A DNA stretch of 64,000 nt from an uncultured virus (IMG/VR IMGVR_UViG_3300042945_003839) (lineage: Duplodnaviria > Heunggongvirae > Uroviricota > Caudoviricetes). Positions 30,901 to 40,400 of this stretch are shown piece after piece (within the stretch, counting starts at the first letter, position 1; the number at the start of each line of letters is the position of its first letter). The position numbers and the translations under genes are program-made. Below the pieces are notes generated by a model that saw only the letters and a program-made list of their open reading frames with translations, was not told the origin of the DNA and did no database searches. The stretch lies in the IMG/VR virus record IMGVR_UViG_3300042945_003839. One strand, given 5' to 3'.

Positions 30901-33900
30901 TCCATTTTGAGAAAAGTCATTTTCTAATATAATGTCTGATCTTAAATTAAATGTAACCTTGTCGTTTGGTAACAACGAAGTTAAAAAGTTTATAACTTGT
31001 TCTTTTGCACTAAATTCATAACCACGATTGACTTTATTGCCATTTATAAATACTTCAACAACAAATTTATTTACGTTTGCATCATTTAATATATTTTCTG
31101 GTAAATTAAACTTTAGTTCTTTATTAACTATCGATCTGGCATCTCCAGGAGATATCACATCTAGTAATTCAGATCCAAAGAAAACACTTACAGGTAGCTT
31201 TCTCATCAGCACAGGATCACTATTAAGAATAATAACTAAACCATTTTGACCAGATACTAGTATATAATTACCATACTCTTTAGAATTAATTAACTTACCA
31301 GAATCAAATCTTTGACTAGTCTGATTAGATGAACTTATTCCCAAATATGTAGAAATAGGATAATTTGATATAAGTGGTATTTCTTCAAAGACAGAACCAT
31401 TCATATATGATATTTTATTTTCAAAAGTACATATTCTAGTATATGCGTCTTTTACATGAACAGACTTAATTACACTGCCTGGCAAGCCATCTTCAATACC
31501 GTAATAAGTGATATTACTAATTTTACCAAAGAACAATCCTAAGTTAGTTGATATTAGTATATTTTCACTATCATCTAAAGCAATATCATTAATATTTGAA
31601 ATATTAGAAAGAGATGGACTACTGGAGGAAGCACCGCATACAAGCTGCAATTTTGGACGCTGAGTGTTTCCATCCTGACCAGATGAAGTAGTCTTGTTTG
31701 GTATTTGATTTCTGATTTCTAAAATATAGTTTTTTACTAAACACGTTTTACCAATTTTACTTACTACCATGCCTCCAAAATTATTAAAAGCAATTTTTAT
31801 ATTTTTATCTACATCGAATGTAAAGTCGGTGATGGAAACCTCAAACCATCTAAAGTGATCATTTGAAACTAAAAGCTTTTTGTCAGAACCAATCAAAACA
31901 AATACAAACATATTACCTAATGGGTCAATAAAGGCATCGTGTATGGAATAAGAATTATTTCCAATAATAGAATTTAAATTGTTATTATCCCACAATGTAG
32001 AATCCCAAGAATTTAAAACTTGATCTCCTAAATAATCATAATAGTATAAGCCATTTTGACCTATCATCCAAGTATCTCCGTCATCAGAAACAAAAGACTT
32101 GATAATGGGGTCATATGGCATGACATGCGTCAAATATCCAATCTTTCTATAAGAGAAAGGTCGCCTTACTCCAGATATTGAGTAATTTATTGACTTGATG
32201 TAAATTCCAGCAGAAACATAGTTACTAGCATCACCTATAAGTAAACTTTTCTTACTTCCAGCATCACTGATGGCAATCAGAGAGTAATCGTAAGGATCTT
32301 CATTATTAAAACTTAATATAGAAGAAGAAAGCATACTGTCTAACTCATAAACATAAACTCTTGTATTTGCATCTGAAAAATCATCGTATAACAAAACACT
32401 TATGTTATTATTGGAAACTATTCTTTTTGGAGCAGTAACACTACTGTCGCCTCCCAATTTTCCAATATCAAGCCTAGAATCATATCCACCCTCTACAGCT
32501 CCAGAATCATTAACTATAGAGCTTCCAGAAGATAGCCAAGACCTATATACCCTACTCCATCTTGCAAAGTAATAACCGTTTGTAGCCGATGTTGTAGATC
32601 TGGGAGGTAGCAACAATGCTGGAGCATAAGGGTCTGTAAAATCAAATGTACCAGAACGAACATTAGAGGGAGCATATTCATTTGACTTTTTCCAATTAAC
32701 TATTAAATCTCCAGAAGCATCGACTATAGACAAATTAGGCTCAAAAGAATCTGATTCTTCATCAACAGCAACAATGGGAGTTGGAAGATTATAAAAATTT
32801 AAATCTTGAGAACACTGTCTGTAAAATATCTTATATTTATCATTTACAATATCATGGTAAACAATATGTATGTTTCCATCTTTATCTGCCACAATATCTG
32901 AAAAGTCTGATTTTGAAATACCTGGATCGCTTACTAATTTTCCTATTTCTAAATTATTTTCACTCATCCATGATTGTAAGGCTATGTTATATTTAGCTAT
33001 TTTAATTTGACTATTTCCATTTGGACTTAATTCTGTCCATGTCACATAAAGACTATTCATTCTACTAGACACAGCAGGATTATATGCTGCATATCCGCTT
33101 GAGCTAATTATGCGAGCATCTTGCCCAGAGCCAATCCAGGTTCTAGTAAACACGTCAAAATAAGCGTGCATTATTTCATAAGTACCTGCCCTTGAGTCAG
33201 ACCATATGATGTGAACCCCACCATTTTCATCTAAAGCCATCACTGGCTGTACAGAAGATCCTCTGTCATTACTTATGTTAAACTGGGTACTCCAGCCAAC
33301 TTGATTTTTTGCAAGAACAATAATATCTGAGTGATCATAGGCATATGTTTCATAAGACACATAAATGACGCCAGCATTGTCAACTACAAAATCAAATGAT
33401 TTTATAGAAGATCTATATATCGGTACTGAGTACGGAGTTGACCATTTCCCATTATCTTCTGATTCCGAGTATCTTATGACGCTATAATCACCGTCTTCTT
33501 CCACCCACATGATGTATGTTTTTGAATCACTATTAAACACCTTGTGTTGAATGACATTTCTAGATATGTTTGATACAGAATTTAAAATAAAACTGTCTAA
33601 TAATACATAGTCTCTATCTGCCGATGATTTTTTCCACAAATTTACTTTACCGTCTAAGCTATTAAATCTTAATTTTGTAAATTCAGACAAATTGATTGGT
33701 ATGTTTTTCCCAATTTTAGGGATTCTAATTGCGCTACTGCTCAAAGATATTTCTTGCTCATACTCTCCATCATTTATATACATACCCAAGAAGTTTTTGT
33801 CAGAAAAACTAACCGGACGTAAACTGTCTTCTAACGAATCAACTTTGCAATCTAACTCTATAGAATATCCAGATTCACTATTTGCACTATCAAACCATGG

Positions 33901-36390
33901 AGACCCTGGACTGTCGTGAGATATAAATGCTCTACCACCAGAAAAAGAAGTTTGAGAAGCATCTGCATACGGATCTATAGAGTCAGCAACATTATCAACA
34001 TAAAATATATACTCTATTTGTTGAGATGCAGAATTATAATCTGAAAGTAAACTAGTCGATAAGTCATTTGCTCCATTCAAGATATAAAATGAGAAAAAAT
34101 CTTTGATGTACGATCCATTATCAGCAGTAGCAAAAAGATCTTTTATATAAGCAAACAAATTGCCTATAGAAGTAAACTGTGTAATGTCTATTGAGTGTTG
34201 AAGAAGAGATGTATCTCCATTGTTCAAGATAGACATAATATTATTAGATACAGAAAAACTAAAATTACTCAAGAACAGGCTTTTAACAGCAACGGCAGGA
34301 TATTGTAATTCATTAGATCTTTTTATTGTTGAAGTTCTACCAACTGTAGCAAAACTATTTGATATTAACAACCCATCAGAATTAATTGATATTCCAGAGT
34401 CTCCTGAAGAAGAAATAACACTCCACTTATTGTTGTATAAGTCATTTAAAGATCTAAATTCCACAGAAGAATCCCATCCAGCAACCGGGTCGCCTTTGAA
34501 CAAAGAAACGCCCTTATTACTAGACACAGTAAAAGCTTCATACCCAGGAGAAACATCCACATGACTAACAGTAAATACTGAGCTTGACAAACTTTCTACA
34601 TCAAATTTAAAATTGTTTTTAGAAGAGTCATATTTATATATTCTTGAATATTCATCAGAAATATTTTTAGCAGCTAGTAAAACACCGCCCGGGGTTGACT
34701 CAACATCATTTATTACGATATTCGGTAAATCAATTACTTCAGAAAAACTTGTTAACTCAGATATGCCAGTAGAATCTAAATGATATGGATTACTTACACT
34801 TATTCTAATTGAAGAAATTGTAGACTTTAAGTCGCCCTTACCTCCGCGTGGTATCAAATTTAAATACTTTTCACCTGAACGCTGAGTTTGTTGACTATAT
34901 TTGGCTATTAAATTGCCATCAACGAACAAATTAATGTCATTGTTTTTTACTGACAATATATACTCTCTAAATATAGAATTATCAACATCAGCTTTAACTT
35001 TTGTATTTGTATCTATATTAATTCTGACGAAACTTTTATGAAAATCTACCACATATGACTGCAGTCCGTCAGAAACGTTAAGCGAAAGAACATCTTCTGG
35101 AGAACTCTCTCCACTAGCAATCTCACATTTTAATTTGATGAAAATAGTATACCCATTGTCGGCAGATACATTGTCACCCCAAGTATTACCAAAAGTCTTA
35201 AAATATACGGTCTCATATTTTCCAGCATTACCATTTACGTCTACTGGACCAACTGAAACATAATAGTCCATCCCTTTTTTAAGAGCAGATGGTGGTATAA
35301 AAAAGCTAAATACATTAGGGCCAACATGCGTATTCAGAAGATTAGATCCACCCTCAGAATGACCTAACTTTATATTGTATTGCGATATTTTTTCTTTAAT
35401 ATTATCAGCAACATTCCAAAGAATATTCACTGCGTCATAAGAAACAAAATTTTTATCAGAAACTCCGTTAATAACGCAATTTGATAATTGCAGATTGTAT
35501 TCTCCAACAATTACAGGATTACTAACCAAGCTTGTACCAGCAAAACCACTCCAATTAGAATCTATTCTGGCATAAACATGATCTTTAGGTTTTACATTTA
35601 ACCTTGCAAATTTTGAATTAACATTTCCAGAGACTTCTATATCATTCACATACCATCTGACTATAGATTCATCACCTATATTTTCTAATAAATTATTTTT
35701 ATATAAGCTATAAGATACTTCAAATATATCATCTGGATTTGGATTTGAAGGTATAATAGATATATTACTAACTGAAATAATTGGTGGTAGAATAGAAACA
35801 GGGCTTACGTCAAAAGTTAATCCAGACTCTAACTCATTATAAGGAATAACTTGAGCACTCCAAACATCTCCATATTCTATATTTCTAGATGGAACTGAAT
35901 AAGAATCATCTAAATAAGATTGCAGTTTACCATTTTGAAACCATCTAGTTTTAACCAATACATCATCACTAGGCTTGACAACACCTAGAGATATTCCAGA
36001 TTCAATTCCATATCCAGGCAAAAAATAAGAATCTATTAGGTGAGGAACGTCATTAACATAAACTGAAAATGTTTTCCAAAAAGAATTATTACCAAATTGA
36101 TCAACGATTCTTAGCTGACCATAAAGTTCAGAACTTCTTGAAAGAATAGCGCTTGGAAAAAATGCGTAATCTTGTCGAGTTTTGTTTATGCCAGAATATT
36201 CAAATATACTACCAACAAACAAGTCTGTACCTAATCCAAAAGCATCTGCCCCTATTCTTATTTCAAAATTTGTTTGAGATACCTGCGAAGGACCAAACTG
36301 CCAAGATACAATAAAACCTTTAGGCAAAACCTTTAGCGGATTTCCCAAAAACTCTTTTCCATTTATTTTTACGTTAATAGATTCTATCAT
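27967..36390 (-). CDS. Giant baseplate/tail-tip protein (2807 aa) with Ig/FN3-like domains and several beta-propellers
   Basis: Ig-like IIPSNPNPDDIFEVSY..VRWYVND. Propeller blades DENGGVHIIWSDSRAGTYEI and DKDGNIHIVYHD; YGIEDGLPGSVIKSV; ILDRTPPNG..KLIDNAGN; GVYTSEIF..WGRFSW..PNGTDIRFYIR..GQYLQVKVVM. TAATG coupling at 27967. Confidence 0.78.
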   Translation of the reverse strand: MIESINVKINGKEFLGNPLKVLPKGFIVSWQFGPSQVSQTNFEIRIGADAFGLGTDLFVGSIFEYSGINKTRQDYAFFPSAILSRSSELYGQLRIVDQFGNNSFWKTFSVYVNDVPHLIDSYFLPGYGIESGISLGVVKPSDDVLVKTRWFQNGKLQSYLDDSYSVPSRNIEYGDVWSAQVIPYNELESGLTFDVSPVSILPPIISVSNISIIPSNPNPDDIFEVSYSLYKNNLLENIGDESIVRWYVNDIEVSGNVNSKFARLNVKPKDHVYARIDSNWSGFAGTSLVSNPVIVGEYNLQLSNCVINGVSDKNFVSYDAVNILWNVADNIKEKISQYNIKLGHSEGGSNLLNTHVGPNVFSFFIPPSALKKGMDYYVSVGPVDVNGNAGKYETVYFKTFGNTWGDNVSADNGYTIFIKLKCEIASGESSPEDVLSLNVSDGLQSYVVDFHKSFVRINIDTNTKVKADVDNSIFREYILSVKNNDINLFVDGNLIAKYSQQTQRSGEKYLNLIPRGGKGDLKSTISSIRISVSNPYHLDSTGISELTSFSEVIDLPNIVINDVESTPGGVLLAAKNISDEYSRIYKYDSSKNNFKFDVESLSSSVFTVSHVDVSPGYEAFTVSSNKGVSLFKGDPVAGWDSSVEFRSLNDLYNNKWSVISSSGDSGISINSDGLLISNSFATVGRTSTIKRSNELQYPAVAVKSLFLSNFSFSVSNNIMSILNNGDTSLLQHSIDITQFTSIGNLFAYIKDLFATADNGSYIKDFFSFYILNGANDLSTSLLSDYNSASQQIEYIFYVDNVADSIDPYADASQTSFSGGRAFISHDSPGSPWFDSANSESGYSIELDCKVDSLEDSLRPVSFSDKNFLGMYINDGEYEQEISLSSSAIRIPKIGKNIPINLSEFTKLRFNSLDGKVNLWKKSSADRDYVLLDSFILNSVSNISRNVIQHKVFNSDSKTYIMWVEEDGDYSVIRYSESEDNGKWSTPYSVPIYRSSIKSFDFVVDNAGVIYVSYETYAYDHSDIIVLAKNQVGWSTQFNISNDRGSSVQPVMALDENGGVHIIWSDSRAGTYEIMHAYFDVFTRTWIGSGQDARIISSSGYAAYNPAVSSRMNSLYVTWTELSPNGNSQIKIAKYNIALQSWMSENNLEIGKLVSDPGISKSDFSDIVADKDGNIHIVYHDIVNDKYKIFYRQCSQDLNFYNLPTPIVAVDEESDSFEPNLSIVDASGDLIVNWKKSNEYAPSNVRSGTFDFTDPYAPALLLPPRSTTSATNGYYFARWSRVYRSWLSSGSSIVNDSGAVEGGYDSRLDIGKLGGDSSVTAPKRIVSNNNISVLLYDDFSDANTRVYVYELDSMLSSSILSFNNEDPYDYSLIAISDAGSKKSLLIGDASNYVSAGIYIKSINYSISGVRRPFSYRKIGYLTHVMPYDPIIKSFVSDDGDTWMIGQNGLYYYDYLGDQVLNSWDSTLWDNNNLNSIIGNNSYSIHDAFIDPLGNMFVFVLIGSDKKLLVSNDHFRWFEVSITDFTFDVDKNIKIAFNNFGGMVVSKIGKTCLVKNYILEIRNQIPNKTTSSGQDGNTQRPKLQLVCGASSSSPSLSNISNINDIALDDSENILISTNLGLFFGKISNITYYGIEDGLPGSVIKSVHVKDAYTRICTFENKISYMNGSVFEEIPLISNYPISTYLGISSSNQTSQRFDSGKLINSKEYGNYILVSGQNGLVIILNSDPVLMRKLPVSVFFGSELLDVISPGDARSIVNKELKFNLPENILNDANVNKFVVEVFINGNKVNRGYEFSAKEQVINFLTSLLPNDKVTFNLRSDIILENDFSQNGAEKSAFGIETRNVKSILFNNNQSYAVVQGTSDYIAVSDSSISLPYDEVILDRTPPNGRVKFIAQTGPDSIYVGIDPPNSDTPYDAVSGIASMVISNYDNFTSDGVTPIDPIPFRPTIGHNLISALSNNAEIFETDTDYFSKLFTFTRPSSVQKLYVATSSPIKIYERATSGDFLDTPVAILENGNDDFAVGFVHKFGSSLIIGTRSISGINSGKVFKTTDMQTFTEIAVLPGSGATCAFLSAFDQNLYIGTDASLSSDPNGSIVVYNGESVSAFKNRLDKAIISLSGFERFLFAGTYDSGYVYRIDIASGVVEIIHADASDTILSLTSLGTAIFGGTSGRGVIIRAKDNDAGFIDSFRTVPSDVKVMKTLQLADDSFRIYAGVGNKLYSFRNTWTLEGTAESDINDFIVDENDRLIFCSNRQVKSVQPEGSQERKVFVKLIDNAGNETDIRSSPDAISPPDGYNDNLTLTLTSEELSATYLQSKMLEVNGDGNITYSINGDAPFYSAERIMKETGVYTSEIFNGTTGHVSWGRFSWDGFAPNGTDIRFYIRVSNSRSEIANQPYTLEINQNQNNIDISFLNGQYLQVKVVMRSLVDISPYVSKIVITNNAGSASHFFTNTFPLPANVKRGIITLEKDLPIGSDIIVGVSGKDATDFSQYQIIPENRIFSFNNDNQGKSLRVGFRFVSPQNVSDVPAGSDLGSLQGLGSILSNSVYFDFENITGNTRLVDFKVDIFEDQNMEILNSSFDSLSSPQLFRVNGNPFPGGGGVNVPSGFKYRFHFIPFGAELSCDTNYFVKVSVIEGTGVSQYGSLIPFRKVCGVNFVNDITFNYINQQSNVQNLHFEVAFYEDELRQSLVKSYSTLYPAANFTYLADFFQYPLSGLTLEPNQSSVISLSFINQEISKFDPTKTYYVTVSYFDINQSDTARSVESMNYTFRVVYVDSSIACGSSSGVPILRGFAFMFELEDGRLIKFNYLS

Positions 36391-36391
36391 T

Positions 36392-37462
36392 TTAGTTTAT
36401 TATAATACCATTTTTAAATAAGATAAGACCCTCTCCAGATATTATCTTACCATCATTTGCAGAATTTTCATTAGAACCAGAGCTGTTTTGAGTAGAATAA
36501 ACAACAGTAAAATCACTTAAGGATTGCTGATTCGTTAAACTGTATTTCTTATTCCAATACCCCGAGTCTCCTTTTAAAACGACACCATCTTGAGTTCCAG
36601 CCACAATATCTCCACTAGACATGTCTACGGCAGATATTGGAGGAGCTACAGACGTTTTTTGCAAAAAACTAATTTTTGCATCAAAAACTCTTTCTGATAT
36701 ATTGCCAGAAACTTCTGCAATATAAGATGAAAATCCGTCAGCTATTATTTTAGATATTTTATAATTTTCAATAATTGCATCAGCTATTATAAACAGATCA
36801 TCTATTACACCCTTATTTTTTTCTAAACTTCTATTATCACCTTCTATATTTTTATTAATATACAGCTCTGGAACTGAAGAAAGACCAAAGGATGGAGGAA
36901 GAACGGCTGTATTAGAAGATAGTATACTTTCTACTCCATTAATATAGAGTTTTATTTGACTTGTTTCTGAATTTACAGAAAACATAAAATGATTAAAGAT
37001 ACCAGTTTCGTATATTTCACTTTCAAATTCTAGCTTTTCACCACCAGATGTCATTATAATCAAATACATTTTATTATAATTGGCAAAGACAGATTTTTCA
37101 TATAACATAAATAGACCATCAGAAAAAACGTAAGAACCATTCAATAACGTAGCATTACCAACAGACAATATAGGCATAGATGGCACTATTACAACGTCAT
37201 CATAAATTTTATCAGATAAAGAAACAGAGTTTAACCAAAATCCTACAGAAAATTCTGAACGCAAATTTTGATATCTAACAGATGATATAGGCATTGAAAA
37301 ATACCCATCATCATTTAATAAAAGACCAGAAGAAAATACACCTGGAACGATATCCACACTACCATTGCCATTGAAAATTAGATTATCTAAAGTACCAGTT
37401 TCCACAACCGGAAACTGATCAAAGTTAAAATGCAAATATTTTTCTATACTTAGTGTGCTCAT
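36392..37462 (-). CDS. LamG/ConA-like lectin domain protein (356 aa)
   Basis: HFNFDQ...GVFSSGLLLN...EFSVGFWLN...FNHFMFSVN...IKLYINGVE...GVIDDLFI is the LamG_3 pattern. ATGA overlap with the upstream gene. Confidence 0.8.
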   Translation of the reverse strand: MSTLSIEKYLHFNFDQFPVVETGTLDNLIFNGNGSVDIVPGVFSSGLLLNDDGYFSMPISSVRYQNLRSEFSVGFWLNSVSLSDKIYDDVVIVPSMPILSVGNATLLNGSYVFSDGLFMLYEKSVFANYNKMYLIIMTSGGEKLEFESEIYETGIFNHFMFSVNSETSQIKLYINGVESILSSNTAVLPPSFGLSSVPELYINKNIEGDNRSLEKNKGVIDDLFIIADAIIENYKISKIIADGFSSYIAEVSGNISERVFDAKISFLQKTSVAPPISAVDMSSGDIVAGTQDGVVLKGDSGYWNKKYSLTNQQSLSDFTVVYSTQNSSGSNENSANDGKIISGEGLILFKNGIIIN

Positions 37463-40400
37463 TTAATTGTAAATTTAAATTTAATTGGTAAAGTGTTTTG
37501 TAAATTCATTCTTACGTCTTTTGGCACTTCTCTTTTTATCCATAGATATATTATATTATTATAAGAAATAGACCTAGTTAGATTATTTCCTACAAGAGGT
37601 ACTGATAAATTATTTAATTCTCCAACATTATAAAATCCGCTGAATCTTGAAGACACAACAGGAGACATTTTACCTTGATGACTATTAGATGCTTGACCTG
37701 GTAAGATCTCTACACTAACAAATTGATTTACTGGAGATGGAAGGTCTTTATCCAGTTCAATAAAATTACTATTTATAGAAACAATTTTTCTATAATACAC
37801 AGAACCAGATGAATTAGAAAATCTCATTAATGAGTCAGTGTAGCTACTCAAATTACCATTGTATGAATAATTCTGTAGATTTTCTGTTTCTATATTAACA
37901 ACTCTTGTGCCAGATCCCACCGAACTACTTAGCACTACATATTTATGCGCAGGTATTTCGAAACCAAAACTTAAGTTTGTTAAACCTGGATTGTAATTAT
38001 TTTCCATAACAATCGATGGGTTAACTATGGATAGATTTTTGTATATATTTCTAATAGCCAAACACCTATACTGATAGATATACTTGCCATTACTATCTAA
38101 GTAGAAGTTATTATCAAATACATCATTGTCTCCAACTCCAAACACACTTGATCCACTGGGGTGAAATCTTTTTACAGTTCCACCAACAGACCTTTCAACA
38201 ATTTCTGCAACACCATTGTTCCATTCATTAATTTTTATAATTTCTCCATCTATAGAAACATGATTAAATGTAGCTAGAATGTTGAGAGGATCTTCAACTG
38301 TCAAAAATCCAGAAGACCCACCAATTACGCTAGATAATTTTGCAGATGGAACAATAGCTTTGTAAGATGGGTATTTACCAAAGTTTTGCTTTACTTGAGA
38401 ACCTATCAATGCGTAATCGTTAGTAGTACCTTCTAGAGAAAGTAGCAAAAATGGATTGTCAAAACCTGTAAAATTAGTTGTTGGGTTTTCTAGGTAACCT
38501 ATTGCAAAATCATTTTCTGTATACACTTTCATTGGGTCAAAATAAATGCCATCACTAATAGACAGATCAGCATTATTTAAAACTTCTGCATGAAACCCTG
38601 CTATTCCGTCTATTTCTTTTACAATATCGCCTACAAACTTATTATTTATTAAAATATCAAACAAAACACTTTGAACGCCACCACTACTATCTAATAAAAC
38701 ACAATGCAAATAACTATTATTGTCTCTAACAGAGACATAAATTTTCCAGTTAAAATTGTTTAAAGCTGATCCAGTAATGTTGTAAATGCCGTTTTCATTT
38801 ACACGAACTGCCATAACTCCAGTGTAGTCGTCAAGATTAATCGAACTACTAGAACTACTAGAACTACTAGAACTAGATGTTACAGTCCACATGCCTAATA
38901 AAACTCCTAAATCATTTCCGCCAATCACACCGTCTCCATCAAAATCAAATACACGCAGACATTGTGGATCAGAAGAACCAAAGCAGCCTAGCAACGGTCC
39001 CAGATCACTACCATTAATAATCCCGTTTAAATCCCAGTCTCCCATCATGAAACTAGAACTGCTAGAACTAGATGCCACCGTCCACATTCCTAACAAAACT
39101 CCTAGATCATTTCCGCCAATAACACCGTCTCCATCAAAATCAAATACACGCAGACATTGTGGATCAGAAGTGCCAAAGCAGCCTAGCAACGGTCCTAGAT
39201 CACTACCGCCAATAACACCATCTAAATCCCAGTCTCCCATCATGAAACTAGAACTGCTAGAACTGGACGATGATCCAGGAGGTTCCTGATAAACTAGTGC
39301 ATTTTGTATGCCAGTAGATAGATCTTGCCAATCTGATACGCCTTGCTGCCTATGTTTGTGTATAAAAATAAATTGATCGTATATATTTTCGCGAGATATT
39401 TTTTGAAGTATACGATACCACGAAGACACAAAAGATCTAAAATCAAATGAATATCCATCTAAAAATTCTATATCAAATATTTTGTCTGCAGAAGCAGTCA
39501 AAGCACCTGTTTGAAGATTTCCTAAAGATTTAATATTTGCCGCCAAAGAAACATTTAAAGAATTATTGTTTATTCCATGAGTAAATACAACTTTTGTTTT
39601 TTGATAAAATGAAGCTGATGAGTTGAGGGTGTAAATTGTACTTAACAAGTAAGATAGATATTTTGCGTGATTTTTCTGTAAGAGCATTTGCATATTTGAC
39701 CTATGCACATCTCCATAAATAATTCCATCTTCTGGGTTGCCGTCAATAGGGCCTGATCCATAAGAAAAAATTCCTCTTCCGTCAGGGTCCTTGCTATACA
39801 TGGGACGCCATCCAAAATTACCATGCTCAGGCTGGTTGTTATCATATGTTAAAATGTATTCTAAACTTTCAAATCTAACTTTTGTGTTTTTAAAATCAGG
39901 AGACCAGTCAAAAGCTGCCTGATTTATACCATCGTCAACGGCAACAGAAGTAGGACAAATATGATGCACTTGAACGCTAGTGGATTTTGGAATATTAAAA
40001 TTATGCTTACCGTTGTAGTACTGCCATCTATTAACAAAATAATAAAATGGAGCTTGTATATTACACGCGGATAAACTATCACTAATGCCACAAGTAAATC
40101 CTCGTTGCGCATATCTTCCTAAAGAAAATGCATTTTCCACATGCATACCCATGCTCTCGTAAACTCTACGACTTACTACTTCGTCTATTAAAATTTGCAA
40201 CCATTTTTCTATTGCCGCGTTGGACTGATCAGAATAAGCATAAGACTCTATTTTTTTGCTATAGTCAGAAATTAAAATATCACCAAGCAAATTATCTGAG
40301 TCGCTAGAGGCACGCTTAACTTTAAATTCTGAAGATTGATCTGCAATCATGTAAGCGTCTTTTAAGTTACTAACATCTCGCCATTTAAATCCAACTTCTT

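Noticed and set aside
38875..39264. Near-identical repeat pair as a diversity-generating retroelement TR/VR
   Set aside because: The units are adjacent and in-frame within one gene, mismatches are not confined to adenines and are mostly synonymous, and no reverse transcriptase is present in the window.
38843..39280. CRISPR array
   Set aside because: Only two long coding repeats and 9-bp units; there is no repeat-spacer alternation.
38891..39289. Plus-strand 132-aa repetitive ORF
   Set aside because: Antisense shadow of the duplicated dockerin coding sequence.
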